Source of the DNA: an uncultured bacterium
Lineage (GTDB): Bacteria; Planctomycetota; UBA1135; GCA-002686595
Reading direction: 5' to 3'
Assembly: GCA_943787795.1 (NCBI GenBank)
Contig: CALSNU010000004.1
Coordinates: 384,001-448,000 of the forward strand
Length of the DNA stretch: 64,000 nt
The notes beneath the pieces are model-generated. The model saw only the letters and a list, made by a program, of their open reading frames with translations. It was not told where the DNA came from and did not search any database. Positions 30,534 to 41,600 of this stretch are shown one piece after another (within the stretch, counting starts at the first letter, position 1; each line of letters begins with the position of its first letter). The position numbers and the translations under genes are program-made.

Positions 30534-33425
30534 TCACTTCCCGTCGCTCAGAGCCCCCAGGTCCACCTCCAGCACGACCCCCTCACCGGGCGTCACTGGA
30601 CGCAGGGTGGCGCGGGTCCACGGCCAAGGGGCTCGCCCATCACGGCCAGGCGCATCGGCCCGCACCGTGTAGCTCGCGTCCGCGTCGAAGATCGGGAGCC
30701 GGTTCGGGCCGGCGGGCACGAGCCGGGTGTAGAGCACCTCGGGGTCGTCCCCCTCCCTCACCACCTGGAGCACCGAGGGAGCGGCGAGGCGTAGCTCTGG
30801 CAGCCAGCCCGCAGGAGCCCGCCCGTCAGCTTCCGACAGGCCGAAGCGCACCGGCCAGCCCGCGTAAGGTCGCGCCCCTTCCGAGTCGGGGTCCATGTGT
30901 CGCGGCCAGGCCTCCAGCTGGACGGTGGCCGAGCTGCGATCCACCCGCGCGATCCCGTACCCGGGAGCCCGGTCATTGAGACGTGTGGGCTCGATGCCCT
31001 CCGACCTGGGATTGGCGACCGCGAGCACCGTCATGCGGTTCCCGAACCCATCCAGGTAGCGCCCGGTATAACCGGGTCCGCCGGCGTCCGCGGCGCCGCC
31101 CGACTCCCGCTGCATCGGATCCGGGAACCAGCGGCGCGGCCAGGTGTTCGCCACGGCCGGCGAAGAGAGGACGAACCCCGCGTCATCGAAGTCATCCACC
31201 CCGTAGCGCAGGGTCGAGCCCAGGTGCTGATCCCCGGTCAGGTGGAAGGCCCCCGCCGAACGGAGCAGCCGTACGGCGGCGTCCCGACCCGACTGCGGCC
31301 ACCCGTTGGAGTCCATATCTGCCGCCCGCTTGTCGCCGGGGACGTACTCCCCCGGCGAGGGGACCTTGAGCGAGGGGATCACGCTGCCAGAGCTCGCGGA
31401 CTCGGGGATGGTGGCCACGTTCGCAAACGGCGTCTGCGACAGGCAGGCCTTGAACCAGGCGTCCGACGGCCACGAGGCGCCCCACTCCTCGAGCATCCCG
31501 AGCTGCGACGCCCCGAGCAGCACCGCCCCTTCCACGTCCGCACCCGTCGCAGGATCGAAGTCCGGATTCAGGGACCAGCCGTTACGGACGCGGCCCTCCG
31601 TGACGACCACCGCCGGCGGCGACTTGTACATCCGGTCTGCGAGCACGGCGAAGCTGCCTCCGCCCCAGTTCAGGGTCGTGTGGTACGTCGTGATGCCGAC
31701 ATCGAGGCGCGCCTCGCCGCGCGGCGCCGGCAGGTGCTCCACCTGGGTGCGGTGGACCGCGTTCACGAACTCGGGGGGCATCTTGTACCCCCCTCGGTCC
31801 TGGACGGTGAGGTCGCCGGGGTCGGGCTCCCGCACGCCGGCGTTGCCCCACACGTTCCCGTGATACACGTCGTGGTCGTCTGGCACCACGACGGAGGGCA
31901 GGCGGCGCGTCAGCTCGCCGAAGGACCAGCCGTGGCGATACCACTTGTGGAGGTAGTCGAGCAGCGCGTCCTCGATCGGTCGAGTGATGGCCGGCGTCAG
32001 GTCGCCCTCGTAGATCTGATCCCCGGCAAAGTACAAGAGGTGCGGCTCCTGGGCCGCCACGTGCTGGGCGACCTTGGCGTGCGGGAACCAGAGCCCGGTC
32101 TCGTTCCAGCGCAGGTCGCCGGTGAAGGACTTTTGACAGTTCACCACGGCGATCGTCATGGCGTCCCCGGCGGGTCGAGCCGCCAGGACGCCTCCATAGA
32201 GGGCCACCGACGCGAGGTCAGGCGCGGCCTCCCCCGCGGCGTCGATACGCCGGGGGACGTAGCGCACACGGAAGGGCGTGTCGCGGGTCGCGTCCACCCC
32301 GTCCACCGCGAAGTGAAAGGTCTCGCTCCCGCGGACAAAGGGCGCCGTCGCCACCTGTGCGAACTCCCCGTCCTCGTCCGCGAGCTCGAGGCTCGCCACC
32401 AGGGTGTCCTCTGCCCCCAGCGGAACCGACTGCGCCGTCAGCTCGAGGCGAGCGTCGGTCGGGCCTCCCGCCTCATCCAGGGCGTAGTGCACGAACGCGA
32501 TCGGGCCGAAGCCGCGGGTCGTGTCCTCCCCCACCAGCTCGCCCGCCAAGGTCCAGTCCTCGAACCGATATCCGCGGCCCGAGCCTGCGGGCCCCCGGTG
32601 GGAGACGAGCGCCACCGCGCCGTCGAAGAGCCCCTCCGGTGCATCGTCCCAACTCGCGGTCGAGAGGACCGCGCCGGAGCTACCATCACGCACCGCGGCG
32701 GTCACCGTGTGACGACCGTCGAACGACGCGCCGGTCACCTCGAGCTCAACTGGACGGGGTCCACCGTCCGTGAAGCCCTCGCCCTGGTAGCGCACGCCCT
32801 CCACCGCGGCCAGCGCGGAAAGGGCGTGGTTGCTCTTCATGGACCACAGCCCGCCGCCCTCCACCGGCTGCTCGAAGTCGAGCACGGAGAGACGACCGGC
32901 TCCATCCACCAGCAGCAGGTATCCGCCGTCCTCGGCGGGGCTCCCGTGGACCTGCGAGGTGAGCCTGTGATCCACGCCGCCCCCACCCGCGCCCAGCAGG
33001 AAGCCCGCAGCGCTCTCCGCTCGATCGCCCGGGTCGGCGCTGATTCGAACCGTCGCCCTGAAGGACCCCTCCTGCTCCGCCTCGAGCCAGTGGGTCAAGA
33101 GGTGGAGGGTCCGGATCCCGAACCGCGGTCGAGCCTCCAGGCAAACGGCTCCGCCGGACTCCAGCTCCCAGTCCTGGAGCCGGTTGGCCCAGTGGTCTCG
33201 CCCGATCCAGACGCGGTCGGGGTGCTCCGCCCAGTCGCTCTCGAAGGCGTTGCGCTCCGGGGGCGCCTCGACGACGAGGAGCTGGCAGGCGCCGAGGGTT
33301 CCCAGGCCGCCGAGCGAGATGAGGAGGGCCCGGAAGAGGTGTCCTGGGCGGCGTCCGGGGAGGCGTCCGAAGGGAGGCCAGGGGAGAGATCGTGGAGAGA
33401 GGGCGCGGAGGTGGGGTCGCTTCAT
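30534..33425 (-). CDS. Long PhoD-like (alkaline phosphatase D family) metallophosphatase, probable lipoprotein
   Basis: FAGDQIYEG, PDDHDVYHGN, LADRMYKS, DMDSNGWP, LTGDQH; lipobox-like LGAC. Confidence 0.82.
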   Translation of the reverse strand: MKRPHLRALSPRSLPWPPFGRLPGRRPGHLFRALLISLGGLGTLGACQLLVVEAPPERNAFESDWAEHPDRVWIGRDHWANRLQDWELESGGAVCLEARPRFGIRTLHLLTHWLEAEQEGSFRATVRISADPGDRAESAAGFLLGAGGGGVDHRLTSQVHGSPAEDGGYLLLVDGAGRLSVLDFEQPVEGGGLWSMKSNHALSALAAVEGVRYQGEGFTDGGPRPVELEVTGASFDGRHTVTAAVRDGSSGAVLSTASWDDAPEGLFDGAVALVSHRGPAGSGRGYRFEDWTLAGELVGEDTTRGFGPIAFVHYALDEAGGPTDARLELTAQSVPLGAEDTLVASLELADEDGEFAQVATAPFVRGSETFHFAVDGVDATRDTPFRVRYVPRRIDAAGEAAPDLASVALYGGVLAARPAGDAMTIAVVNCQKSFTGDLRWNETGLWFPHAKVAQHVAAQEPHLLYFAGDQIYEGDLTPAITRPIEDALLDYLHKWYRHGWSFGELTRRLPSVVVPDDHDVYHGNVWGNAGVREPDPGDLTVQDRGGYKMPPEFVNAVHRTQVEHLPAPRGEARLDVGITTYHTTLNWGGGSFAVLADRMYKSPPAVVVTEGRVRNGWSLNPDFDPATGADVEGAVLLGASQLGMLEEWGASWPSDAWFKACLSQTPFANVATIPESASSGSVIPSLKVPSPGEYVPGDKRAADMDSNGWPQSGRDAAVRLLRSAGAFHLTGDQHLGSTLRYGVDDFDDAGFVLSSPAVANTWPRRWFPDPMQRESGGAADAGGPGYTGRYLDGFGNRMTVLAVANPRSEGIEPTRLNDRAPGYGIARVDRSSATVQLEAWPRHMDPDSEGARPYAGWPVRFGLSEADGRAPAGWLPELRLAAPSVLQVVREGDDPEVLYTRLVPAGPNRLPIFDADASYTVRADAPGRDGRAPWPWTRATLRPVTPGEGVVLEVDLGALSDGK

Positions 33426-33535
33426 GGTGGCTCTGGCCGCGGCGGCGCCCGCGGAGAGATCCCGGGAGGTCGCAGGCCCGCGCTACCCTGCCCTCGGCGT
33501 GTCGCCGGTTCCAGCCTGGAGGCCCAGAGCGGCCC

Positions 33536-34417
33536 TCACTCCGGCCCGCCGAGCTCGGCCTTGGCCCGCACCCACGCCGCCATCATCTCCCCCAGGCTGC
33601 GCTCATTGAGCGGACCCTCGAACTGGCCCTCCATGTTGCGGAAGCGAGCCTCGAAGCGGGCGAGGGCGGACCGGCACATGGCCTCGGGGTCCAGCTGGAG
33701 GTATCCACCGAGGAACGCAGAGGCCATGAGAAGGTCCCCCAGCTCATGCTCCACCCGCTCCCGCACGGCGGGGTCCAGCTGCGGCCGCGCGCTGCTCCGC
33801 AGGGACGCCTCCGGCAGGACCTCGATGAGCTCCTCGAGCTCCTCCTCCACCTTGCCCAGCGCGCCGCGCGCGTCCTCCCAGTGGAACCCAGCGGCCACCG
33901 CCTTCTGACACACGCGGCTGGCACGGTGGAGGGAGGAGAGCCCCCTGGGAACCCCAGCCAGCGCGCTCGTGTCCTCCTCGGCATCCGCCCGCTCGCGACG
34001 CTTGATGTCCTCCCAGGACTCCAGGACCTCCCCGGCAGAACCCGCGACGGCGGTCCCGAAGACGTGTGGATGCCGCCGCACCAGCTTCTCCGTGGCAGCA
34101 CGCGCGGCCGCCCCGAGGTCAAACCGCTCGCTCTGCTCCGCGATCCGGCAGATCAACATGAGCACCGTGAGGCAGTCACCAGCCTCGGAGGCCGCTGCCT
34201 CCGCGCTCGACTCCGCGATCGCCTCCGCCAGCTCATGGGCCTCCTCCACCGCGTACGGGGCCATGGAAGCCTCGGTTTGCTCGAGGTCCCAGGGGCATCC
34301 GTCCGGTTCGCGCAGCCGATCAACGATCGCGATCAGCGAGGCGAGCGCGGAGAGGCGCGGATCATCCGCGGGGACCGGCTCGGGCACAGACCGGGGGTCT
34401 CTCTTGGAATCGCTCAT
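33536..34417 (-). CDS. mazG: Nucleoside triphosphate pyrophosphohydrolase MazG
   Basis: LREPDGCPWDLEQT, EEAHEL, KLVRRHPHVFG, WEDIK, GFHW, KVEEELEEL, ELGDLL. Confidence 0.93.
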   Translation of the reverse strand: MSDSKRDPRSVPEPVPADDPRLSALASLIAIVDRLREPDGCPWDLEQTEASMAPYAVEEAHELAEAIAESSAEAAASEAGDCLTVLMLICRIAEQSERFDLGAAARAATEKLVRRHPHVFGTAVAGSAGEVLESWEDIKRRERADAEEDTSALAGVPRGLSSLHRASRVCQKAVAAGFHWEDARGALGKVEEELEELIEVLPEASLRSSARPQLDPAVRERVEHELGDLLMASAFLGGYLQLDPEAMCRSALARFEARFRNMEGQFEGPLNERSLGEMMAAWVRAKAELGGPE

Positions 34418-34454
34418 GACTGGCGGGGCTCGGACCCCGGTAGGAGTGCTGGCG

Positions 34455-35162
34455 TCAGGCGTATGGAACGGGGTCGGCGTGACCCGCCTCCGCGAAGCCC
34501 GCCAGGCGCAGCTGACATGCGTCGCACCGGCCGCAGGCGAGGGGCCTCGCGCCGGGCGCCTCCACCGGGTCGTAGCAGGTGTGGGTCAGGCCGAGGTCGA
34601 CGCCGAGCTCCGCCGCTCGATGGACGATGCCCGCCTTGGAGAGCTCCATGAGCGGCGCGTGCACCTTGAAGCGCTGCCCCTCCTCGGCGCCAGCCGCCGT
34701 GGCGAGGGTGGCCAGCGCCTCGAATGCGGCCAGGAATTCAGGCCGGCAATCGGGGTACCCCGAGTAGTCCACGGCGTTGACGCCCACGAAGAGGTCCGTC
34801 GCCCCGAGGACCTCCGCCCAGCCGAGGGCCACCGCGAGGAACACCGTGTTGCGCGCGGGGACATACGTGCTCGGTACGCCCTGACCGATCTCGTCATGGC
34901 CCCGGTCCTTGGGCACCACGATGTCATCGGTCAGCGACGAGCCCCCGAGGGTCGAGAGGTCCACGGCGACGGTCCGGTGATCTCGGGCGCCGAGCACCTC
35001 GGCCACGCGGGCCGCCGCGTCCAGCTCGCAGGAGTGCCGTTGGCCGTAGCTGAATGACAGGGCGTGGGCGTCGAATCCCATGGCCTTCGCCTCGGCGAGG
35101 ACCACGGCGGAGTCCATGCCCCCGGAGAGGAGGCAGACGGCGGGACGGGGGCTGGGAGTCAT
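34455..35162 (-). CDS. queC: 7-cyano-7-deazaguanine synthase
   Basis: CLLSGGMDS, SYGQRH, TYVPARNTVFL, DYSGYPDCRPEF, THTCYDP, CGRCDACQLR. Confidence 0.97.
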   Translation of the reverse strand: MTPSPRPAVCLLSGGMDSAVVLAEAKAMGFDAHALSFSYGQRHSCELDAAARVAEVLGARDHRTVAVDLSTLGGSSLTDDIVVPKDRGHDEIGQGVPSTYVPARNTVFLAVALGWAEVLGATDLFVGVNAVDYSGYPDCRPEFLAAFEALATLATAAGAEEGQRFKVHAPLMELSKAGIVHRAAELGVDLGLTHTCYDPVEAPGARPLACGRCDACQLRLAGFAEAGHADPVPYA

Positions 35163-35310
35163 GGGAGAGCGGGCAGCAGGGGCGTTCCTGGGCGCACGAT
35201 ATCCCGCGACGGCCGGGCCCGGGGGCTGATCTCGAGGCGATCCTCCCGAGGCAGCGGATGCCGCGTTGAGATTCCCGGCGGCGGGCCTAGGCTGGTGCGC
35301 CGCAACCTGA

Positions 35311-36525
35311 GTGACCAGCGCTCCTCCCCCCCGCCCCAAGCACCCCGTGTCCCACCCCGCCCCCACCCGCGACGCCGTCCTCCAAGCCCTCCGCGGCGTC
35401 ATCGACCCCGACCTCGGCAAGGACATCGTCGAGCTCGGCTTCATCACTCGCTGCGAGATCAGCGAAGGCGGCGGCGTGGATGTGGTGATCAACCTCACCA
35501 CCCCGGCCTGCCCCGTGAAGGACCAGATGCGGGACCAGGCTCGCGGCTTCATCGAGGCCCTCGACGGCGTCACCTCGGTGGAGATCGAGATGACCGCCGA
35601 GGTGAAGGGGCCCAGCGGTCCGCCGCGGGACGCGGCCAAGGATGTACGCCACATCGTCGCCGTGTCGTCCGGCAAGGGCGGCGTTGGCAAGAGCACCGTC
35701 ACCGTCAACCTCGCCTGCGCCCTGGCCCAGACCGGGGCCCGCGTCGGCCTCTTGGACTGCGATGTCCATGGCCCGGACGTGCCGATGATGATGGGGCTGG
35801 GCGGCCAGCCCGACCAGGCCGAGATCGACGGCAAGACCAAGCTCGTGCCCAAGGAGCGGCGCGGCGTGAAGACCATGTCCATCGGCTACCTGGTCCCCGA
35901 CGACCAGCCCGTGATCTGGCGCGGCCCGATGGTGCACAGCTTCATCCAGCAGATGCTCACGGACGTGGTCTGGGGCGAGCTGGACTATCTGCTCGTGGAC
36001 ATGCCCCCGGGCACCGGGGACGCTCAGCTCTCCCTCGCCCAGGTCGTCCCGCTCTCCGGAGCGGTGCTCGTCACGACGCCTCAAGCCGTCGCGGCGTTCG
36101 ACGTGACCAAGGCGATCTCCATGTTCCGGCAGGTCGATGTGCCGATCCTCGGCATCGTCGAGAACATGTCCGGGCTCGTGATGGAGGGCACCGTCGAGGG
36201 CGGCGAGGCGGGCGCCACCGTCGAGCTTCAGCTCGGCGCCGAGACCGCAAAGGTCCAGCTCGAGGCGGGCGGGAAGTTCCGCTCCACCTTCGAGGTCTTC
36301 GGGTCGGGCGGCGCTGAGCGGCTCGGACAGACCCACGGGTTCCCCGTACTCGGGCACGTGCCCATTGACCCGGGCGTCCGCGCCGGCGGCGACCAGGGCG
36401 AGCCCATCGTGTCGGCCACCGGTGACGGCGACTCCGCCTCGGCGGACGCGCTTCGAGAGGTCGCGGGCCGGCTCGCCCAACGCCTGGCGGTGAAGGCCTT
36501 CGCGAGCCTGCCGATCCTAGACTGA
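35311..36525 (+). CDS. mrp: Mrp/NBP35/ApbC P-loop ATPase with N-terminal DUF59 domain
   Basis: VIDPDLGKDIV, LTTPACP, SGKGGVGKST, WRGPM, DMPPGTGD, VTTPQ, ENMS. The start could be GTG 35347. Confidence 0.93.
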   Translation: MTSAPPPRPKHPVSHPAPTRDAVLQALRGVIDPDLGKDIVELGFITRCEISEGGGVDVVINLTTPACPVKDQMRDQARGFIEALDGVTSVEIEMTAEVKGPSGPPRDAAKDVRHIVAVSSGKGGVGKSTVTVNLACALAQTGARVGLLDCDVHGPDVPMMMGLGGQPDQAEIDGKTKLVPKERRGVKTMSIGYLVPDDQPVIWRGPMVHSFIQQMLTDVVWGELDYLLVDMPPGTGDAQLSLAQVVPLSGAVLVTTPQAVAAFDVTKAISMFRQVDVPILGIVENMSGLVMEGTVEGGEAGATVELQLGAETAKVQLEAGGKFRSTFEVFGSGGAERLGQTHGFPVLGHVPIDPGVRAGGDQGEPIVSATGDGDSASADALREVAGRLAQRLAVKAFASLPILD

Positions 36526-36561
36526 CCGACGCACGGGCCCGGGGCGTGACGCGCCAGCTTG

Positions 36562-36697
36562 TCCCAGGCTTCAGGATGTCCCAGGCGGCAGGGTCTCCCA
36601 GGCGGCAGGGTATCCCGGGCGGCAGGGTATCCCGGGCGGCAGGGTATCCCGGGCGGCAGGGTGTCCCGGGCGGCAGGGTGTCCCGGGGGCCAGAGCG
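36562..36697. repeat. 17-bp tandem repeat (TCCCRGGCGGCAGGGTR) x8
   Basis: Eight units, degenerate at the ends, between convergent mrp and hydrolase genes. Confidence 0.92.
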
Positions 36698-36706
36698 CGG
36701 CCAGCG

Positions 36707-38602
36707 TCAGAGTCGCTCGCGGGCCTGACGGAGGATCACCAGGGAGCCCGCGGGGTCCTCGATGACCACCTGTCGGACGCCGCTCGTCAGGCGGCGCTCG
36801 GGGACCACGATCCGCAGGGCGTCGCCCAGGGTGACCAGCTCCGCGTTCAGGTTCGTCACCTCGAGCAGCAGGATCGCCGGGCCGGGTCGGAGGGTCACCT
36901 CGGGCAGGTCCTCGCGCAGGCTCGCGAGCGACTGCAGGACGACCGTCGCGCCGTCGCGAACCAGCGTGACGGCCTCGCCCGACCGCGGCTGCTCCCCCGG
37001 CTCGCACTCCAGCTCCTCAAATCGAAGCCGCTCCGTGTAGAACTCCTGCGTCGCCGCCACATCCTCGCAGCGGACGATGGGTCCGAGCGACAGCAGCTGC
37101 GCCTCGGATCCGGGCTCCGGGGCCGGCGCGACCTCCGTGAGGACGCGGCCGAGGGCAGCCTGGAAGCGCTCTGGCGCCTCGAGGTGGGGCCAGTGGCCGG
37201 TCGCCTCGAGGAGCTCGACCTCAAAGGACGGCAGCAGCCCGCGGTTTCCGTCGACGTCCGTTGGCGTGACGTCCGCGTTGATGCACCGGACGGGGCTGTC
37301 GATGATCCTCGTCGCTGGCTTGGGGTCGTAGGTGCCGAAGTGCTCCACGAGGGCGACGGCCATCGCGGCGTCACACCCGACGGAGTCGGCGACGATCCGC
37401 GCTCTCGTGGCAGGCGAGGTGTCCGCGCGGACCAGGGCCGCGGTGAACTCACCCATGGCTGCCGGGAAGTCCTGCCTGAACCGGGCCACGTAGGGCGCCA
37501 TCCGCTCGGGGTCCGCCTCGCCCGTCAGGCGGTGCAGCGACTCCACCCCCACGATGGCAGCGACCCGTCCAGGAGCGCGCGCCGCCGCCTCGAGCGCGAC
37601 CGGGCCGCCCATCGAATGGCCGACCAGTACCACTTCACGGAGCCTCTCCCTCTCGAGTAGCCGCGCCACGTCGTTGCCGAAGGCTGCGATGGTCCAGCTG
37701 CTGCGGACCTGGCCCGCCGAGGTACCGTGCCCGACCAGGTCCACCGTGTAGACCCGATAGGAGCGCGCCAGCGCCGCGGCGATCTCGGACCACTGCTCCC
37801 CGTTGCCACACCAGCCATGGATCAGGACGACAGGGCGGCCCTGCCCGCTCACCTCGAACCCCATGGAGAGGCCGTCCGCCGTCTCCACCGCTCGGGGGGG
37901 GGCAGCGCCCGAGGCGCCGGTGAGCGGGACCATCTCGCGCGGGGCGGTGGCGCGCTCACTGTCCGCCGGCTCCTTCTCACCGGCGAGGACGGAACCACCC
38001 GCCCGGAGTGGCTCGCTGCTTGTCAACGAAGCCCACGGGACCTCGAGGCGGTCCGCGCCCAGTAGTCCCTGGGCGAGGGTCGGGCCGATCGAGGGGACCT
38101 GGCCCGCCAGGGCATCCTGCCGCGCGCTCACGGCCTCCATCGCGGCGCGATCCGACCCGGCAGTGAGGTCCGGCGTGGCCGCCAGATCCAGCTTGGCCGC
38201 AGGAGACGGCCCCTCGACGGAGCCAGCCCCATCAGACGCCTCAGGGCTCACCCTGGCCTCGCCCGGGCCGTCGCCCACCGACCCGGCAGATGCCGGCGAC
38301 AGCGCCGTCGCGCCGCCCGGTTCGGCCTCCGGGGGCCCGGACTCCGAAGGCGCACTGACGCAGCCCTGGAACAGCACGGAGGCTGCCACGAAGAGGCCGG
38401 TGATCGTCTGGCTAGCGATGGTCAGCTGGGCAAGAGATGGGTGTGGCGCGCAGGAGTGAAGAGATCCACTCCGACGGTCGATGAGGGGACCGGAAGGGGG
38501 CTCCGAGATCCGGGCCCCCTCTCCGCCGGAGGAACAGTCTGCCGAGCAGGCCCCTGAGTGCAACTGTCCGCCCCCCGGTGCCTCGATCTGATCGCACGCC
38601 AC
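36707..38602 (-). CDS. Alpha/beta hydrolase fused to a C-terminal VOC/glyoxalase-like domain; probable lipoprotein (start uncertain)
   Basis: LIHGW, DLVGHG, GHSMGG, GHWPHLEAP; C-terminal VAATQEFYTERLRFE...VIEDPAGSLV; lipobox-like FQGC. Confidence 0.8.
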   Translation of the reverse strand: MACDQIEAPGGGQLHSGACSADCSSGGEGARISEPPSGPLIDRRSGSLHSCAPHPSLAQLTIASQTITGLFVAASVLFQGCVSAPSESGPPEAEPGGATALSPASAGSVGDGPGEARVSPEASDGAGSVEGPSPAAKLDLAATPDLTAGSDRAAMEAVSARQDALAGQVPSIGPTLAQGLLGADRLEVPWASLTSSEPLRAGGSVLAGEKEPADSERATAPREMVPLTGASGAAPPRAVETADGLSMGFEVSGQGRPVVLIHGWCGNGEQWSEIAAALARSYRVYTVDLVGHGTSAGQVRSSWTIAAFGNDVARLLERERLREVVLVGHSMGGPVALEAAARAPGRVAAIVGVESLHRLTGEADPERMAPYVARFRQDFPAAMGEFTAALVRADTSPATRARIVADSVGCDAAMAVALVEHFGTYDPKPATRIIDSPVRCINADVTPTDVDGNRGLLPSFEVELLEATGHWPHLEAPERFQAALGRVLTEVAPAPEPGSEAQLLSLGPIVRCEDVAATQEFYTERLRFEELECEPGEQPRSGEAVTLVRDGATVVLQSLASLREDLPEVTLRPGPAILLLEVTNLNAELVTLGDALRIVVPERRLTSGVRQVVIEDPAGSLVILRQARERL

Positions 38603-38691
38603 ATAACCCGAACTCCGACATCGGCAAAGGACGGTTATCGTCCCTCTGGCCCTGATCCAAGCCCACGTGGCTGCGCCCGCCCCTCCTCGAC

Positions 38692-41600
38692 ATGATTCTC
38701 CCCGACGTCGCCCTCCACATCCGCTCCCTCGCCCGCACCCACGCGCCGCTCCTCAGGTCCAGCGCCATGGCGCTGCCGGCATCGCTCCTGGTCGCCGCGC
38801 TGGCCGGAGCTGCGCCACAGGAAGAGGGCGCCGCCGAGGTCGTCCCGGGCCTCGAAGCCCAGGCCCCCACGGAGGAGGGCCCCGAAGCTGAAGAGCCGGA
38901 GCGAGAGCTCCCCGAGCGTCGTCCGACCAAGGTCGAGGGGACGCTCCCCCTCGACTGGGTCGACACCCTCGAGTGGCGCTCCATCGGACCGGCGAACATG
39001 GGCGGGCGGATCACGGACATCGCCGTCAACCCGGCGGACTCCTCGGAGTACTGGATCTCCACGGCGGCCAGCGGCGTGCTCCACACGACGAACAACGGCG
39101 TCACCTACGAGCACCAGTTCACCCAGCAGCGCACCTCCTCGGTGGGCGCGCTCGCGGTCGCTCCCTCTGACCCGACACAGGTCTGGGCTGGAACCGGCGA
39201 GAACAACCCCCGCAACTCGGTCTCCTGGGGTGACGGCGTCTACGTCTCCAAGGACAGCGGCGCGACCTGGCGCTATGCGGGCCTCGGCCAGTCCTTCCAG
39301 ATCAGCACCATCATCGTCCACCCCGAGGATCCCAACGTCGTCTACGTGGGCGCGCTCGGCCGCCTCTGGGGGCCCAACGACGAGCGCGGCCTCTACAAGA
39401 CCACGGACGGCGGCTTCACCTGGGAGCGGGTCTTCTTCGTCGACGAAGATACGGGCGTGATCGAGGTGAAGATGCACCCCGAGGACCCCGACACCATCGT
39501 GATCGCGAGCTACGAGCGGCGCCGTGACATGTTCGACACCAACGACCCTGCGGTGAAGTGGGGCGACGGCTCGGGCATCCACCGCACCACCGACGGCGGC
39601 GCCACGTGGGAGCGGCTCAGCGAGGGCCTCCCCACCACCGAGCTCGGCCGGATCGGCCTGAGCTGGTCCGCCTCTCAGCCGGACAACATCTTCGCCGTGG
39701 TCGAGACCAATCGGATCACCCAGGAGCCGGAGAACGCCGCATGGTTCGGAGTCTCCTTCGAGAGCGCGGAGCTCGGCGCACGGGTCCGTTCGATCACCGA
39801 GGACTCCCCGGCCTCCTCGGCCGGCATGGAGGAGGGCGACATCATCCTGCGCATCGCGGACACCGCGATCCTGGACCAGACGCGGCTGCGCCGCGTGCTG
39901 CGCGACTACGTGGCCGGCGACGCCGCGAAGGTCGAGGCGGTCCGCGACGGCGAGCTCGTGGAGATGGAGATCACCTTCGACCGCAAGCCCGAGGAGGAGG
40001 AGGAGCGCCTCGACGTGCACGGCCGACGCCGCGACGGCCCCTTCGGCATCGGGCTCGGCGGCCAGCGCTCCAACGCTCAGGACGAGCAGGGCGCGGACGG
40101 GCATCAGTACGGCGGGATCTTCAAGTCCGAGGACCGCGGCACGACCTGGGCGCGCATCAACTCGCTCAACCCGCGCCCGATGTACTACAGCGAGATCCGC
40201 GTGGATCCGAGCGACGAGAGCTTCATCTACGTCGCGGGCACGCGGCTCCACAAGTCCAGCGACGGCGGCGTGACCTTCACCAATGACGGCCACGGCGGCG
40301 ACGTCCACGTGGACCACCACGCCATGTGGGTGGACCCCGCCGATGGCCGGCACATCATCCTCGGGAACGACGGCGGCGTGTACGTGACCTACGATCGGAT
40401 GGCCAACTGGAACCACCACAACCGGATGGCCATCGGGCAGTTCTACAACGTCACGGTCGGCCCCCGCATGAACTACATGGTCTACGGCGGCCTCCAGGAC
40501 AACGGCTCCTGGGGCGGTCCGTCGCGGACCAACGACAGCGGCGCCACCAACGATGACTGGTTCAACGTGGGCGGCGGCGACGGCTTCCGCTGCATCGTCG
40601 ACCCGGGCAACCCCGACCTCGTCTACTACGAGAGCCAGAACGGCGGCATGGGCCGGCGCGACTTCGCCTCGGGCGAGGGCGGGTACCTGAAGCCGCGCGC
40701 AGGGCGCGGTGACGACACCCAGTACCGCTTCAACTGGAACACTCCGTTCCTGCTCTCGAACTTCAACAGCGAGATCTACTACAGCGCCGGCAACTACGTG
40801 TTCAAGTCGGTCCAGAAGGGCACCGGCCAGCGGCGCATCTCTCCGGAGATCACGGCCACCGACCGCGGGAGCGCGGTGGCGCTCACCGAGTCCCCGCTCA
40901 GCCAGGACGTGCTCTACGTCGGTACCGATGATGGCGGCCTGTGGATGACCGAGGACGGCGGCACCGAGTGGGTCGACCTGATGGCCCTCAACGGCCCCTC
41001 AGAGCTCGATCCCGAGCCCGCTCCCGAGCCGGCCGCCGGGCCCGCCACCGGGGAAGAAGAGGGGGCGTCCGGTGAGGCCGAGAGCTCCCCCACCCCCAGG
41101 GCCAGTCGCGTCTCGCTCGGGGCCCTCGCCGCCGACGGGACCCTCCAGGGCACTTGGGAGTGCAAGGCAGAGGGCAGCGGGATCGAGTCCGATGACGACG
41201 GCAAGTTCACGGTGACGCTCGCGGTCGACGAGGCCGGGAAGGTCACGGGGACCCTCGACTCCGAGATCGGCGCCGGCCCCATTGAGGGCGCCGTGTGGAG
41301 CTCGGAATCGGGCCGACTGACCTTCTCCTTTGAGGGTGATGCCCTGACCCTCGTCTTCGACGCCAAGGCGGACCTCGAGGAGGGCACCATCAGCGGCACC
41401 ATCGAGGCCGCTGGCGGCGCGTTCAGCTTCACCTGGACCGGTACCCGAGGCGCTGAGGCAGAGGTCGCCGCGCCCAAGGCTGAGGCTGCTGAGGCTGAGG
41501 CTGCTGAGGCTGAGGCTGCTGAGGGAGAGGCCGCTCTCACCGAGGTCTTGGTGACCGAAGAGGAGCCTCCGGCCCCGGGAGTCGAGGAGCCGAAGACGGC

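Noticed and set aside
30897..33908. Long antisense or alternate-frame ORFs (1003 aa here; also 12277-14049, 23529-25241, 38635-40419, 51019-53223, 53577-56465)
   Set aside because: These are shadow ORFs expected opposite real genes in high-GC DNA, with no recognisable motifs.
33536..35162. queC/mazG as an anti-phage (QatABCD or Dpd-like) module
   Set aside because: Both look like canonical housekeeping proteins, and no TatD, ATPase or dpdA partners are adjacent.
35163..35310. preQ1 riboswitch upstream of queC
   Set aside because: No A-rich tail or preQ1 consensus; the region is uniformly GC-rich.
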